A stretch of 32,000 nucleotides of DNA from Wolbachia endosymbiont of Armadillidium arcangelii (GCF_040207875.1 NZ_CP157942.1:202001-234000); one strand, 5' to 3'. Shown: positions 18,222-25,535, counted from the stretch's first letter. A program made the numbers and translations. Notes: generated from the sequence alone by a model not told the origin.

Positions 18222-19886
18222 ATGGCAATTAATGATTTTGATCAGCAAAGAAGCGCAGAAGTGATTATTAATAATATGCAAAACGTTTTTTGCAAGAAGG
18301 CAAATAAGGCTACTGCCGAAGAAATTAGGCCAGTTGAAGTTGTCATACCTACGCCTAACCAATTCTGTAACAAAGCTAAGGAATGTGAGACTGAAAAAGA
18401 TCGGTGCGAACAAAACAAGCAAACGTGCGAGCAAGATAAGCAGAAGTGCGACCAGGATAAGCAAATATGCGAGCAAGATAAGCAGAAGTGCGATCAGGAC
18501 AAGCAGAAGTGCGACCAGGATAAGCAAATATGCGAGCAAGATAAGCAGAAGTGTGATCAGGATAAGCTAACATGCGAGCAGGACAAGCAGAAGTGCGATC
18601 AGGATAAGCAAGTATGCGAGCAAGATAAGCAGAAGTGCGATCAGGATAAGCAAATATGCGAGCAAGACAAGCAGAAGTGTGATCAAGACAAGCAGAAGTG
18701 CGACCAGGATAAGCAAACGTGCGAGCAAGACAAGCAGAAGTGCGATCAGGATAAGCAAATATGCGAGCAAGATAAGCAGAAGTGCGATCAGGATAAGCAA
18801 ATATGCGAGCAAGATAAGCAGAAGTGTGATCAGGATAAGCTAACATGCGAGCAAGATAAGCAGAAGTGTGATCAGGATAAGCTAACATGCGAGCAAGATA
18901 AGCAGAAGTGTGATCAGGATAAGCAGAAGTGCGATCAGGATAAGCAAACGTGCGAGCAAGATAAACAGAAGTGCGAAGATCGAGCTAAAAGCTGTCAAAA
19001 CGAGAAGGATAAGTGTGATATAGAAAACAATCAGCTAATAAGGGATATAGAACGTTGTAGAACAATAAAAGAAAGACTTGATAAAGAAGCTCTGGAGCTC
19101 AAAAGCAAGATAGAGTGCTTTAAAGCTGTAAAGGAAGGGTGTGATAAAGAGAAGCAGCAACTCAACAGCAAAATATATGATCTTGAAGATGAAAAGCTAA
19201 AACTTGGTAGAGACTTAGAACGAAATAAAAAAGAAAAAGAGGAATGTGACAAAGAGACTCTTAAGCTTGAAGGCAAGATAAAATGCTATAGAGCTGAAAA
19301 AGAAGGATGTGATGAAGAAAAGCAGCAACTCAGAGACAAAATACGTGATCTTGAAGGTGAGAAGCATAAGCTTGATACAAAAATTATTGAACTCAAAAGA
19401 GATATAGAACGGTGTAAAGATGAAAAATGTGAAGTAAAAAAAGAATATTGCACTAAGACAGAAGAAATCGAAAGCAATCTTAAAATGACTTTTGAATCAG
19501 AAAAAAGTAAAGAAATAGATTGTGAATATCTTAATAAGCTAAGAGATGATCTGGTAGTAAAATCAATTAAAACTGGTGAAAAAGCTGGCAGTGCAAATAT
19601 ATCATACTGGTATTTTGAAGATGATAAATTATATTACGGTAAGCAAGGTACTATAACAAGTCCATATGAATTAGAAAAAGACAGCATTTACTTAAAGGTG
19701 CTGACTAGTAATGAGCAAAAACCGTACTATCAATTAGGTATCTGCGACAAAGGTGGTAGCTTAGTTACAAAGCTTGATTTGTCTACAGATGATATAGATA
19801 TAAGCATATGTAACATGGTAGGTGGAGAGAGGATCACTGCCATTAAGTTAAGGGAAAGTGATGGACTGTATTGTAAAATCAGGTAA
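18222..19886 (+). CDS. Cysteine-heptad repeat / coiled-coil protein; the 3' end is replaced by IS4 sequence
   Basis: 27 near-identical C-[DE]-Q-D-K-[QL]-x heptads, then 3 degenerate heptads, a diverged 2 x 56-aa K/E-rich duplication (aa 287-398), and a non-repetitive C-terminal domain. The last 16 codons and the stop (from 19834) lie inside the IS4 terminal repeat. Confidence 0.75.
   Translation: MAINDFDQQRSAEVIINNMQNVFCKKANKATAEEIRPVEVVIPTPNQFCNKAKECETEKDRCEQNKQTCEQDKQKCDQDKQICEQDKQKCDQDKQKCDQDKQICEQDKQKCDQDKLTCEQDKQKCDQDKQVCEQDKQKCDQDKQICEQDKQKCDQDKQKCDQDKQTCEQDKQKCDQDKQICEQDKQKCDQDKQICEQDKQKCDQDKLTCEQDKQKCDQDKLTCEQDKQKCDQDKQKCDQDKQTCEQDKQKCEDRAKSCQNEKDKCDIENNQLIRDIERCRTIKERLDKEALELKSKIECFKAVKEGCDKEKQQLNSKIYDLEDEKLKLGRDLERNKKEKEECDKETLKLEGKIKCYRAEKEGCDEEKQQLRDKIRDLEGEKHKLDTKIIELKRDIERCKDEKCEVKKEYCTKTEEIESNLKMTFESEKSKEIDCEYLNKLRDDLVVKSIKTGEKAGSANISYWYFEDDKLYYGKQGTITSPYELEKDSIYLKVLTSNEQKPYYQLGICDKGGSLVTKLDLSTDDIDISICNMVGGERITAIKLRESDGLYCKIR
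18405..18971 (+). repeat. 21-bp coding minisatellite, 27 units (tgcga[gc]ca[ag]ga[tc]aagca[ga]a[ac]g-type)
   Basis: Directly visible periodicity. Codons 62-250 of the 554-aa ORF. All overlapping ORFs in other frames or on the other strand show the same 7-aa period. Confidence 0.95.
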
Positions 19887-21410
19887 GATCCACAAATTAA
19901 AAGAAGTAATGACATGAGTAAAAAAAAGAATAATCATGTTTATAAAAAATAAATTGATGAGTTTAAACTTTATAAACGCACACAGAGCATCCTCAAAAGA
20001 CTTCTCACGAAAAAGAAAGCTGCCCTTCATTAATGTATTTCTCCTGATTTTTAGAAAGAGTGTAAAGTCATTACAAGTAATGCTTAATGAGTTTGTTCTG
20101 CATACAAGAAAAGATTACACAATTACGGCAAGTGCATTTACTCAAGCAAGAAAGAAGCTAAAGCATACTGCGTTTTCAGAGTTAAATGATGATATAGTTT
20201 CCCTATACTACCAAGATCAGGAATTTAAAACCCACCATGGCTTCAGAGTACTTGCATTTGATGCTTCAATACTGATTCTGCCAAAGAGCGACAAAATAAT
20301 AGGCGAGTTTGGCTCAAGAGCAGTATGGAATGGAATCCAGAGATTTGAAGACTATACAAGTGCAACCTTTGAAGTTTGCTACGATGTGCTAAATAATATT
20401 GCAATAAAATCTGTGCTAAGTAGAGGTGACAGCTATGAGGTTGATTTAGCGATCGGTATGCTTGAATCCATAAAATCAGACGATTTGTTAATCTGTGATA
20501 GAGGATACGTATCTTATCGATTTCTTGCTGAGCTTACAGGAAGGAAAATCAATTATATAATTCGCTGTCCAAGTTCGTCTTTCAATGAAATAAACGCTAT
20601 GTTTAAGCCGGAAAGCCCATCTAGTATGGTGGTAGTGTCTACCGCACCTATTAAAGTAGCAAGACAGCTACGAAAGCTAGGATTACCTGATGAGATGAAA
20701 TTCAGGTTAGTCAAAATAATACTTTCTTCTGGAGAAGTTGAAGTGTTAGTAACATCTCTGTTAGATGAGCAAAGTTTTACAGTCGAAGAGTTTGAGAGAT
20801 TATATTACTTGCGCTGGGGAGTAGAAACATTTTTTTCTAGGCTGAAGGGAAGATTAAATTTAGAGAATTTCACAGGAAAAAGTATTGAAACTATCAAGTA
20901 GGATTTTTGGTCAACTATCTTCATCAGTAATCTAGAAAGTATCATGATAGAAGATGATGAAGAGACATTGAGCGCACAGAATAGTAAACTAAAAAAAAGC
21001 ATCAATAAATCTGTCTCATTTAATGCGATTAAAAACTTAGCCTTTGATATTTTTTCTACAGAGTCAGACATAGACTGCATTATGGATCGACTATCACAGT
21101 TATTTTTGATGAACACTTTAGTGGTAAGAAAAGGGAGAAGAGTTGATCGTCATAAGATATCTGATATTCGTTCACTCAACTACCAGAAAAGAGCTAGAAA
21201 ACATGTGTTTTAAATTCAAGATATCTTTTCAGTATCATTGCATTAGTACATTCTTTGCAAAATAACCTGCAATTATTACTTTTTTAAATAACTTGCACTT
21301 TTCAGACTCTCTTTTCTTAAAAATTCACCCTAGTATTTACCATAATTATCAATCACTTCAAATTTTTTGTCCAATCTTAACTTCTCTTTCCCTTAACTTA
21401 ATGGCAGTGA
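19834..21410 (+). mobile_element. IS4-family insertion sequence, copy 1 (1,577 bp; transposase inactivated)
   Basis: Terminal inverted repeats tcactgccattaagttaagggaaag at 19834-19858, and the reverse complement at 21386-21410. Nearly identical to the copy at 25921-27497, in inverted orientation. Confidence 0.9.
19936..21213 (+). pseudogene. IS4-family DDE transposase with a nonsense mutation (TAG at 20899-20901; CAG in copy 2)
   Basis: The 321-aa and 89-aa ORFs together equal the 425-aa protein of copy 2, apart from Q322->stop. The IS4 Y-(2)-R-(3)-E-(6)-K signature is present: YYLRWGVETFFSRLK. Confidence 0.9.
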
Positions 21411-22177
21411 AGAGAAGCTCCTCCTCGCTCGCTCAGCAGGCTTATCTGGTATAGATTATATCCCTGTACCGTCCTGAAAGTGTGGTATACTTCCTCCGCC
21501 GTTGCTCCTCCTCTAAGTAGTTCTTCCTCTCTCTCATCACTTGTGTTTTTTATTATCAAATCGATGTGGTGGTCGACTTTTTCTTTCATGCTCATCTTGC
21601 TGTAGAGATGTTCATCGAAGGTTATGAATAGATTTTTGATATATACCATTATTGGTCTAATTTCGTTGTGATTCTTGAACTTTTCGAGAACTTTTTCTAT
21701 TACTTCTTCTCTAATTGCGAGCACATCCGGCGCTTTTGACGTTTTTAAATCGCGAAATTTTTCTTTTACTACTTTCACAAAGTATTTTTCCGCCGCTTTC
21801 TGCTCTCTACTTGCATAGATTTTCTTTGCTTTGTGCGGATTGAAAGGTTCTGAAAGATAACTTCTATGTTCCGGAGGAACAGAAGTGCCATTTTTAAATC
21901 ATCTTACCTCCTCATTTTTTAAAACTTGTAGTAGTTCACTGCCAGTAAGACGCGTGTCGAAAGTTCTCGTCGGAAGTTTGCGCTCAATTGACTTTCCTCG
22001 CGCCTTAATTCTCCTTGCAGAATTGACCTGTGCTTGCACATGTTTACTGTTGAGATTAACTATGTGTATGCTTCCACGTATGCTGAAGTTGTGATGGACG
22101 CGATAATGAGAAGTTAAGCTTTTTTTTGCTTGACTCTTTTTTTCGTTTTGATATTCTTTACTTTGATTTCCTTTCAT
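21398..22177 (-). pseudogene. Unknown gene with an in-frame TGA (21899-21901) and a 3' end truncated by IS4 copy 1
   Basis: ORFs 22177->21899 and 21898->21398 share one frame, and translating by hand across the gap gives ...NEEVR*FKNGTSVPPEHRSYLSEPFNPHKAKKIYASREQKAAEKYFVKVVKEK.... The last three codons and the stop (HCH*) are IS terminal-repeat sequence. No family recognised. Confidence 0.55.
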
Positions 22178-22355
22178 AGGATGTTAGTAGTTTTTTTTGT
22201 TTGCGCTTTGAATTCTACTAAAAATTCAAATAAGTGTAAAGGGCAGAAATGCCCTTTACATAAATTCCCCTTAAAATCTAATGTTTACCAAGGATAGTAT
22301 AGCTTTATGCTATATAAAGCATATACCTTTTATTGTTTGATCTACAAATCCTTTA

Positions 22356-22384
22356 TTGAAAAATTCAGAAAAATGTTGTATAAT
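22356..22384 (+). promoter_or_regulatory. Sigma-70-like promoter P1 of TA cassette 1 (TTGAAA-17 nt-TATAAT)
   Basis: TTGAAA at 22356-22361 and TATAAT at 22379-22384. It lies within a ~58-bp block conserved upstream of all four antitoxin genes. Confidence 0.6.
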
Positions 22385-22408
22385 TACTGATAAACTTCGG
22401 TAAAACTT

Positions 22409-22648
22409 ATGGCGGATTCAAGGATTAATGTAACTTTCAGTAACGAAACCTCAGGTTGTCTTGCTGATTTGGCTAAAGCTACTAAGAAGCCTGTTCAAGA
22501 ATTAGCAGAAAAGTTAATCAGAAGGGCGATTGACGAAGTAGAAGATATTGCACTATCTCAAATTGTTGATGAGTGTGATACCCCAGATATGGAGATGATT
22601 AGAAGTAAGGATATAGACTGGAATACAGTTCTAAAAGATGGAGCATAA
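22409..22648 (+). CDS. RelB/ribbon-helix-helix-type antitoxin (cassette 1)
   Basis: 79 aa (MADSRINVTF...LADLAKATKKPVQELAEKLIRRAI), with an acidic C-terminus. Overlaps the downstream RelE-like gene by 11 nt. Confidence 0.8.
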   Translation: MADSRINVTFSNETSGCLADLAKATKKPVQELAEKLIRRAIDEVEDIALSQIVDECDTPDMEMIRSKDIDWNTVLKDGA

Positions 22649-22937
22649 GCTCAAATACGATATTATCTATTCAAAAAATATTCTTAAGAAAGATCTTCCA
22701 CGCATCTCAAAAGAAATAAGGTCAAGTATCATAAAAGCCATAGAAGAGCGACTGGCAGTTGATCCAATGAAATTTGGTAAACCGTTATATGGTAACTTCA
22801 AAGGACACAGAAGGGTAAGAGTTGATGATTACCGCATTGTCTATCGTGTGGACGTTATAGAATACAAAGTAATTATTGTTTCAATAAAGCACAGAAGTGT
22901 TGTTTATAAGCAAACAAAGTTATCAGATTTATTATAA
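22638..22937 (+). CDS. RelE/ParE-superfamily toxin (cassette 1)
   Basis: 99 aa. PLYGNFKGHRRVRVDDYRIVYRVD...VIIVSIKHRSVVY is the typical RelE/StbE C-terminal pattern. Confidence 0.85.
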   Translation: MEHKLKYDIIYSKNILKKDLPRISKEIRSSIIKAIEERLAVDPMKFGKPLYGNFKGHRRVRVDDYRIVYRVDVIEYKVIIVSIKHRSVVYKQTKLSDLL

Positions 22938-22940
22938 GTC

Positions 22941-22974
22941 AAAGATCTCTTCTGAATTTTTAGAAGAGATCTTT
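22941..22974 (+). terminator. Hairpin immediately after toxin 1 (13-bp perfect stem, 8-nt loop)
   Basis: aaagatctcttct gaattttt agaagagatcttt, starting 4 nt after the stop. It is followed by ATTGAAAA and overlaps the start of the P2 block. There is no long U-tract. Confidence 0.5.
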
Positions 22975-22975
22975 A

Positions 22976-23004
22976 TTGAAAATTTCAGGAAAATGTTGTA
23001 TAAT
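22976..23004 (+). promoter_or_regulatory. Promoter P2 of TA cassette 2 (TTGAAA-17-TATAAT)
   Basis: TTGAAA at 22976-22981 and TATAAT at 22999-23004. Same conserved block as P1. Confidence 0.6.
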
Positions 23005-23028
23005 TACTCATAAACTTCGGTAAAATTT

Positions 23029-23250
23029 ATGGCAGATTCAAGGATTAATGTAACCTTTGATACAGAAACCTCACAACACCTTATTGAGCTGGCTAAGGCT
23101 ACTAAGCAGTCTGTTCAAAAGTTAGCAGGAAAGCTGGTCAAAGAAGCGATCGAGCTTGAAGCAGAAGATATTGCGTTTTCTAAAATTATTAGGGAATTGA
23201 GTGATGATGATGCAGAAGAAATAGAAGATAGTGAAGACATCTGGAAATAA
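23029..23250 (+). CDS. RelB/RHH-type antitoxin (cassette 2)
   Basis: 73 aa, MADSRINVTFDTETSQHLIELAKATKQSVQKLAGKLVKEAI. Overlaps the toxin gene by 20 nt. Confidence 0.8.
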   Translation: MADSRINVTFDTETSQHLIELAKATKQSVQKLAGKLVKEAIELEAEDIAFSKIIRELSDDDAEEIEDSEDIWK

Positions 23251-23539
23251 ACGTTATACTCTCAAATATCTCAAACATGTTATTAAGAGGAATATACCTT
23301 CCTTACCAGAAGACATTAAACCAAGTATTAAAGAAGCAATAAAAGAATATCTAGAGACTGATCCTATTGGTAATGGTGTATCATTACGCAATAGATTAAA
23401 GGGACATCGCAGAATACGAGTGGGTGATTATCGTATCATCTACCGTGTAGATACTGCAAAACGTATAGTAACTGTTGTTTCGATAGGACATAGAGATAAC
23501 ATTTACAATCAGGCAATATTAGACTTACTAAAACGTTAA
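23231..23539 (+). CDS. RelE/ParE-superfamily toxin (cassette 2)
   Basis: 102 aa, LKGHRRIRVGDYRIIYRVD...VTVVSIGHRDNIY. Confidence 0.85.
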   Translation: MKTSGNKRYTLKYLKHVIKRNIPSLPEDIKPSIKEAIKEYLETDPIGNGVSLRNRLKGHRRIRVGDYRIIYRVDTAKRIVTVVSIGHRDNIYNQAILDLLKR

Positions 23540-24405
23540 ATCAATATCCTGCCAGTATTAACTTGATAAGGTACCGTAACCTTTCCAGTTGAGCCGCTTC
23601 TATTCTTTGCAACGTTTATCTCCAGTTCGTTATTAGAGCCTATTTTATAGTAGCTGTCTCTGTAGAGTAGTAAAACTATGTCAGCATCCTGTTCGATGCT
23701 CCCTGACTCTCTTAGGTCTGCTAGTTGCGGTCTTTTGTTTTGCCTTTCTTCTACTCTGCGACTAATTTGTGATAATGCTACAACAGGAACTTCAAAGTCT
23801 TTGGCGATGTTCTTTAAAGTTCTGCTGATCTCTGTTACCTCAAGAGTTCTATTCTCCGTTCTTCCTGATCCTCTGAGTAGCTGCAGATAGTCAATGTAGA
23901 TGCATTTTATGCTGTATCTTTTACAGATTGATGCGATTTTTTTTCTGAGGACATTTAAATCTATATTGCCTGAGTTATCGATGAGAATATTTAGAAAAGT
24001 TATTTGATTTATTCCGCGATATAAAAGATCCATATTTTCATTCTTGAGAATGTTATTTATTGTTTCATTCACTTCGATGCTGATTATTCTATTGATCAAT
24101 TGATTGGCTGACATCTCAAGTGAGAAGAAGCAGATGTATTCATGGTCATTTAAGAGCTTTGCGGCCTGTAAGGCCATGTATAATGCTATTGAGGTCTTAC
24201 CAATTGAAGTACGAGCGGCAAGCACAGTGAGCTCTCCTTCCTTGAAGCCACCTGTTATTCTATCAAGCTCCTCTATTCCTGTGGTCATTCCTTCGATGTC
24301 ACTCGTATTGCTGAGTAGCTTATTGATATAGTTTTTATAGTCTTTGAGATAGTCAAAGATTAACTTGACGTCCTCATCGACCCTGAGCCCTCCTTCCTGA
24401 TCCAT
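23536..24405 (-). CDS. DnaB-like helicase, C-terminal RecA-type ATPase domain only (289 aa)
   Basis: TGIEELDRITGGFKEGELTVLAARTSIGKTS (Walker A), IKCIYIDYLQLL (Walker B), ISRTLKNIAKDFEVPVVALSQISRRVE, LADLRESGSIEQDADIVLLLYRD. The N-terminal DnaB domain is absent. Its stop overlaps the toxin-2 stop on the opposite strand (TTAA at 23536-23539). Confidence 0.85.
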   Translation of the reverse strand: MDQEGGLRVDEDVKLIFDYLKDYKNYINKLLSNTSDIEGMTTGIEELDRITGGFKEGELTVLAARTSIGKTSIALYMALQAAKLLNDHEYICFFSLEMSANQLINRIISIEVNETINNILKNENMDLLYRGINQITFLNILIDNSGNIDLNVLRKKIASICKRYSIKCIYIDYLQLLRGSGRTENRTLEVTEISRTLKNIAKDFEVPVVALSQISRRVEERQNKRPQLADLRESGSIEQDADIVLLLYRDSYYKIGSNNELEINVAKNRSGSTGKVTVPYQVNTGRILI

Positions 24406-24588
24406 TCTTCACCTTAAACCGGAGGCTCCTCAAACTCAAGATCTTGTTTCGTCGCCTCTCCCAATGAGTTATATTATATTATTTATAAATAATATAATAT
24501 AACTTATAGTGGGGGGTACCCAAAAAAATGGTTATTTTTGAGCTGAGCAAAGCCACCTAAGGTGAAGAATGGATCAGGAAGGAGGGCT
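24386..24588. repeat. 31-bp perfect inverted repeat (arms 24386-24416 and 24558-24588) spanning the dnaB-like start codon
   Basis: The right arm taaggtgaagaatggatcaggaaggagggct is the exact reverse complement of the left arm. 141 bp lie between the arms. Confidence 0.9.
24467..24504. repeat. 38-bp perfect AT-rich palindrome
   Basis: agttatattatattatttataaataatataatataact equals its own reverse complement (checked base by base). It is centred between the 31-bp arms. Confidence 0.95.
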
Positions 24589-24604
24589 GTATAATAATAT
24601 ATTT

Positions 24605-24889
24605 CTACAGTAAATCTAATGGTATCTTATCATAAACATCTTTTCTATATCCTACTGAAGCAGGAATTATTTTATGTTCTGCAATGTTTATACGGTACAC
24701 AATACGACAATCTTTAGTTCTGAAGCTTCTATATCCTTTCAAATTACCACTTAGCGGTTTACCAACCTTGAATGGATTAAATGCAATTTCGTCTTCTATG
24801 AGTTTTTTTATTTTTTTTCTTATTTCTGGTGACAAGGGACGAAAATCTCTCTTAAAGATTTTTTCTGGGTAATCAACCTCATACTTCAC
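24605..24889 (-). CDS. RelE/ParE-superfamily toxin (cassette 3), divergent at conserved positions
   Basis: 94 aa, PLSGNLKGYRSFRTKDCRIVYRIN...GYRKDVY. It has the same architecture as the other three toxins, but GDYR is replaced by KDCR and HR by YR. Confidence 0.7.
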   Translation of the reverse strand: MKYEVDYPEKIFKRDFRPLSPEIRKKIKKLIEDEIAFNPFKVGKPLSGNLKGYRSFRTKDCRIVYRINIAEHKIIPASVGYRKDVYDKIPLDLL

Positions 24890-24896
24890 AATTTAT

Positions 24897-25133
24897 TTAT
24901 GCAGATAATAGTGTATCCCAATCTACATCACCGCCTTTAATCATCTTTGCATCAGGAGAATCAGTTTCCTTGATGATTTTCGAGAGTGCGATATTTTCAA
25001 TTTCACATTCGATTCCATCTATGACTAACCTTTTTGCTAACTTTTCAACTGACTCTTTGTTGAATGTAGCTAGTTGGGTGAGATTGTGGAGAGCTTTTGA
25101 GTTGAGTGTTATAACAACTTTTGAATCATCCAT
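24897..25133 (-). CDS. RelB/RHH-type antitoxin (cassette 3)
   Basis: MDDSKVVITLNSKALHNLTQLATFNKESVEKLAKRLVIDGI. I moved the start to ATG 25133, because the conserved leader ggtaaaattt directly precedes it, as in the other cassettes. Confidence 0.7.
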   Translation of the reverse strand: MDDSKVVITLNSKALHNLTQLATFNKESVEKLAKRLVIDGIECEIENIALSKIIKETDSPDAKMIKGGDVDWDTLLSA

Positions 25134-25161
25134 AAATTTTACCAAGATATACTGCTACATA

Positions 25162-25190
25162 AGTATACAACATTTTCCTAAAATTTTCAA
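25162..25190 (-). promoter_or_regulatory. Promoter P3 of TA cassette 3 (TTGAAA-17-TATACT)
   Basis: On the minus strand, TTGAAA is at 25190-25185 and TATACT at 25167-25162. Same conserved block. Confidence 0.55.
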
Positions 25191-25250
25191 TAAAGAATGG
25201 ATCAGCAAGGAGGGCTGTATAATGAAATATACTATGCTTATAGGAAGGTT

Positions 25251-25535
25251 CTAACTTTTATAGATGTATTCTCTATGCTCTATTGCAGTAATTATTACTG
25301 TACGTTCTAATTTACTTATCCTATAAACCAAACGATAATCACCAGATCGTATTCTACGATGTCCTTTGAACTCACCGAGTAATGGATCTCCTGCTTTTTC
25401 AGGAGAAAGTGTAAGACGCTCTTTTACAATTTCTTTTATCCTTGACCATATTGTCTTTGGAAGGTTTGAAATGTCTTTGTGAACTACATTTTCCTCATAG
25501 CAGATTAAATACTTATCACCAGTTGATGTCTTCAT
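25251..25535 (-). CDS. RelE/ParE-superfamily toxin (cassette 4)
   Basis: PLLGEFKGHRRIRSGDYRLVYRIS...VIITAIEHREYIY. The start is set at ATG 25535 (MKTSTGDKY...). This parallels MKTSGNKRY of toxin 2 and gives the same 20-nt overlap with the antitoxin gene. Confidence 0.8.
   Translation of the reverse strand: MKTSTGDKYLICYEENVVHKDISNLPKTIWSRIKEIVKERLTLSPEKAGDPLLGEFKGHRRIRSGDYRLVYRISKLERTVIITAIEHREYIYKS

Noticed and set aside
18198-18888. Four overlapping ORFs across the 21-bp repeat: 18198..18539(-), 18376..18888(-), 18567..18812(-), 18334..18570(+)
   Set aside because: They are open only because a stop-free 21-bp unit repeats. They show the same 7-aa periodicity (LLILLAY..., AYPDRTS...) and have no independent start context. 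The + frame from 18222 continues into non-repetitive protein sequence and is taken as the real gene.
18405-18971. Possible CRISPR array, considered because of the regular short repeats
   Set aside because: The units are contiguous with no spacers, the period is 21 bp, and the array lies inside a long ORF. It is a coding minisatellite, not a CRISPR.
19848-20030. 60-aa ORFs MKGSFLFREKSF..., present at 19848..20030(-) and duplicated at 27301..27483(+)
   Set aside because: They are antisense to the 5' end of the IS4 transposase and extend into the terminal repeat. They appear twice only because the IS is duplicated.
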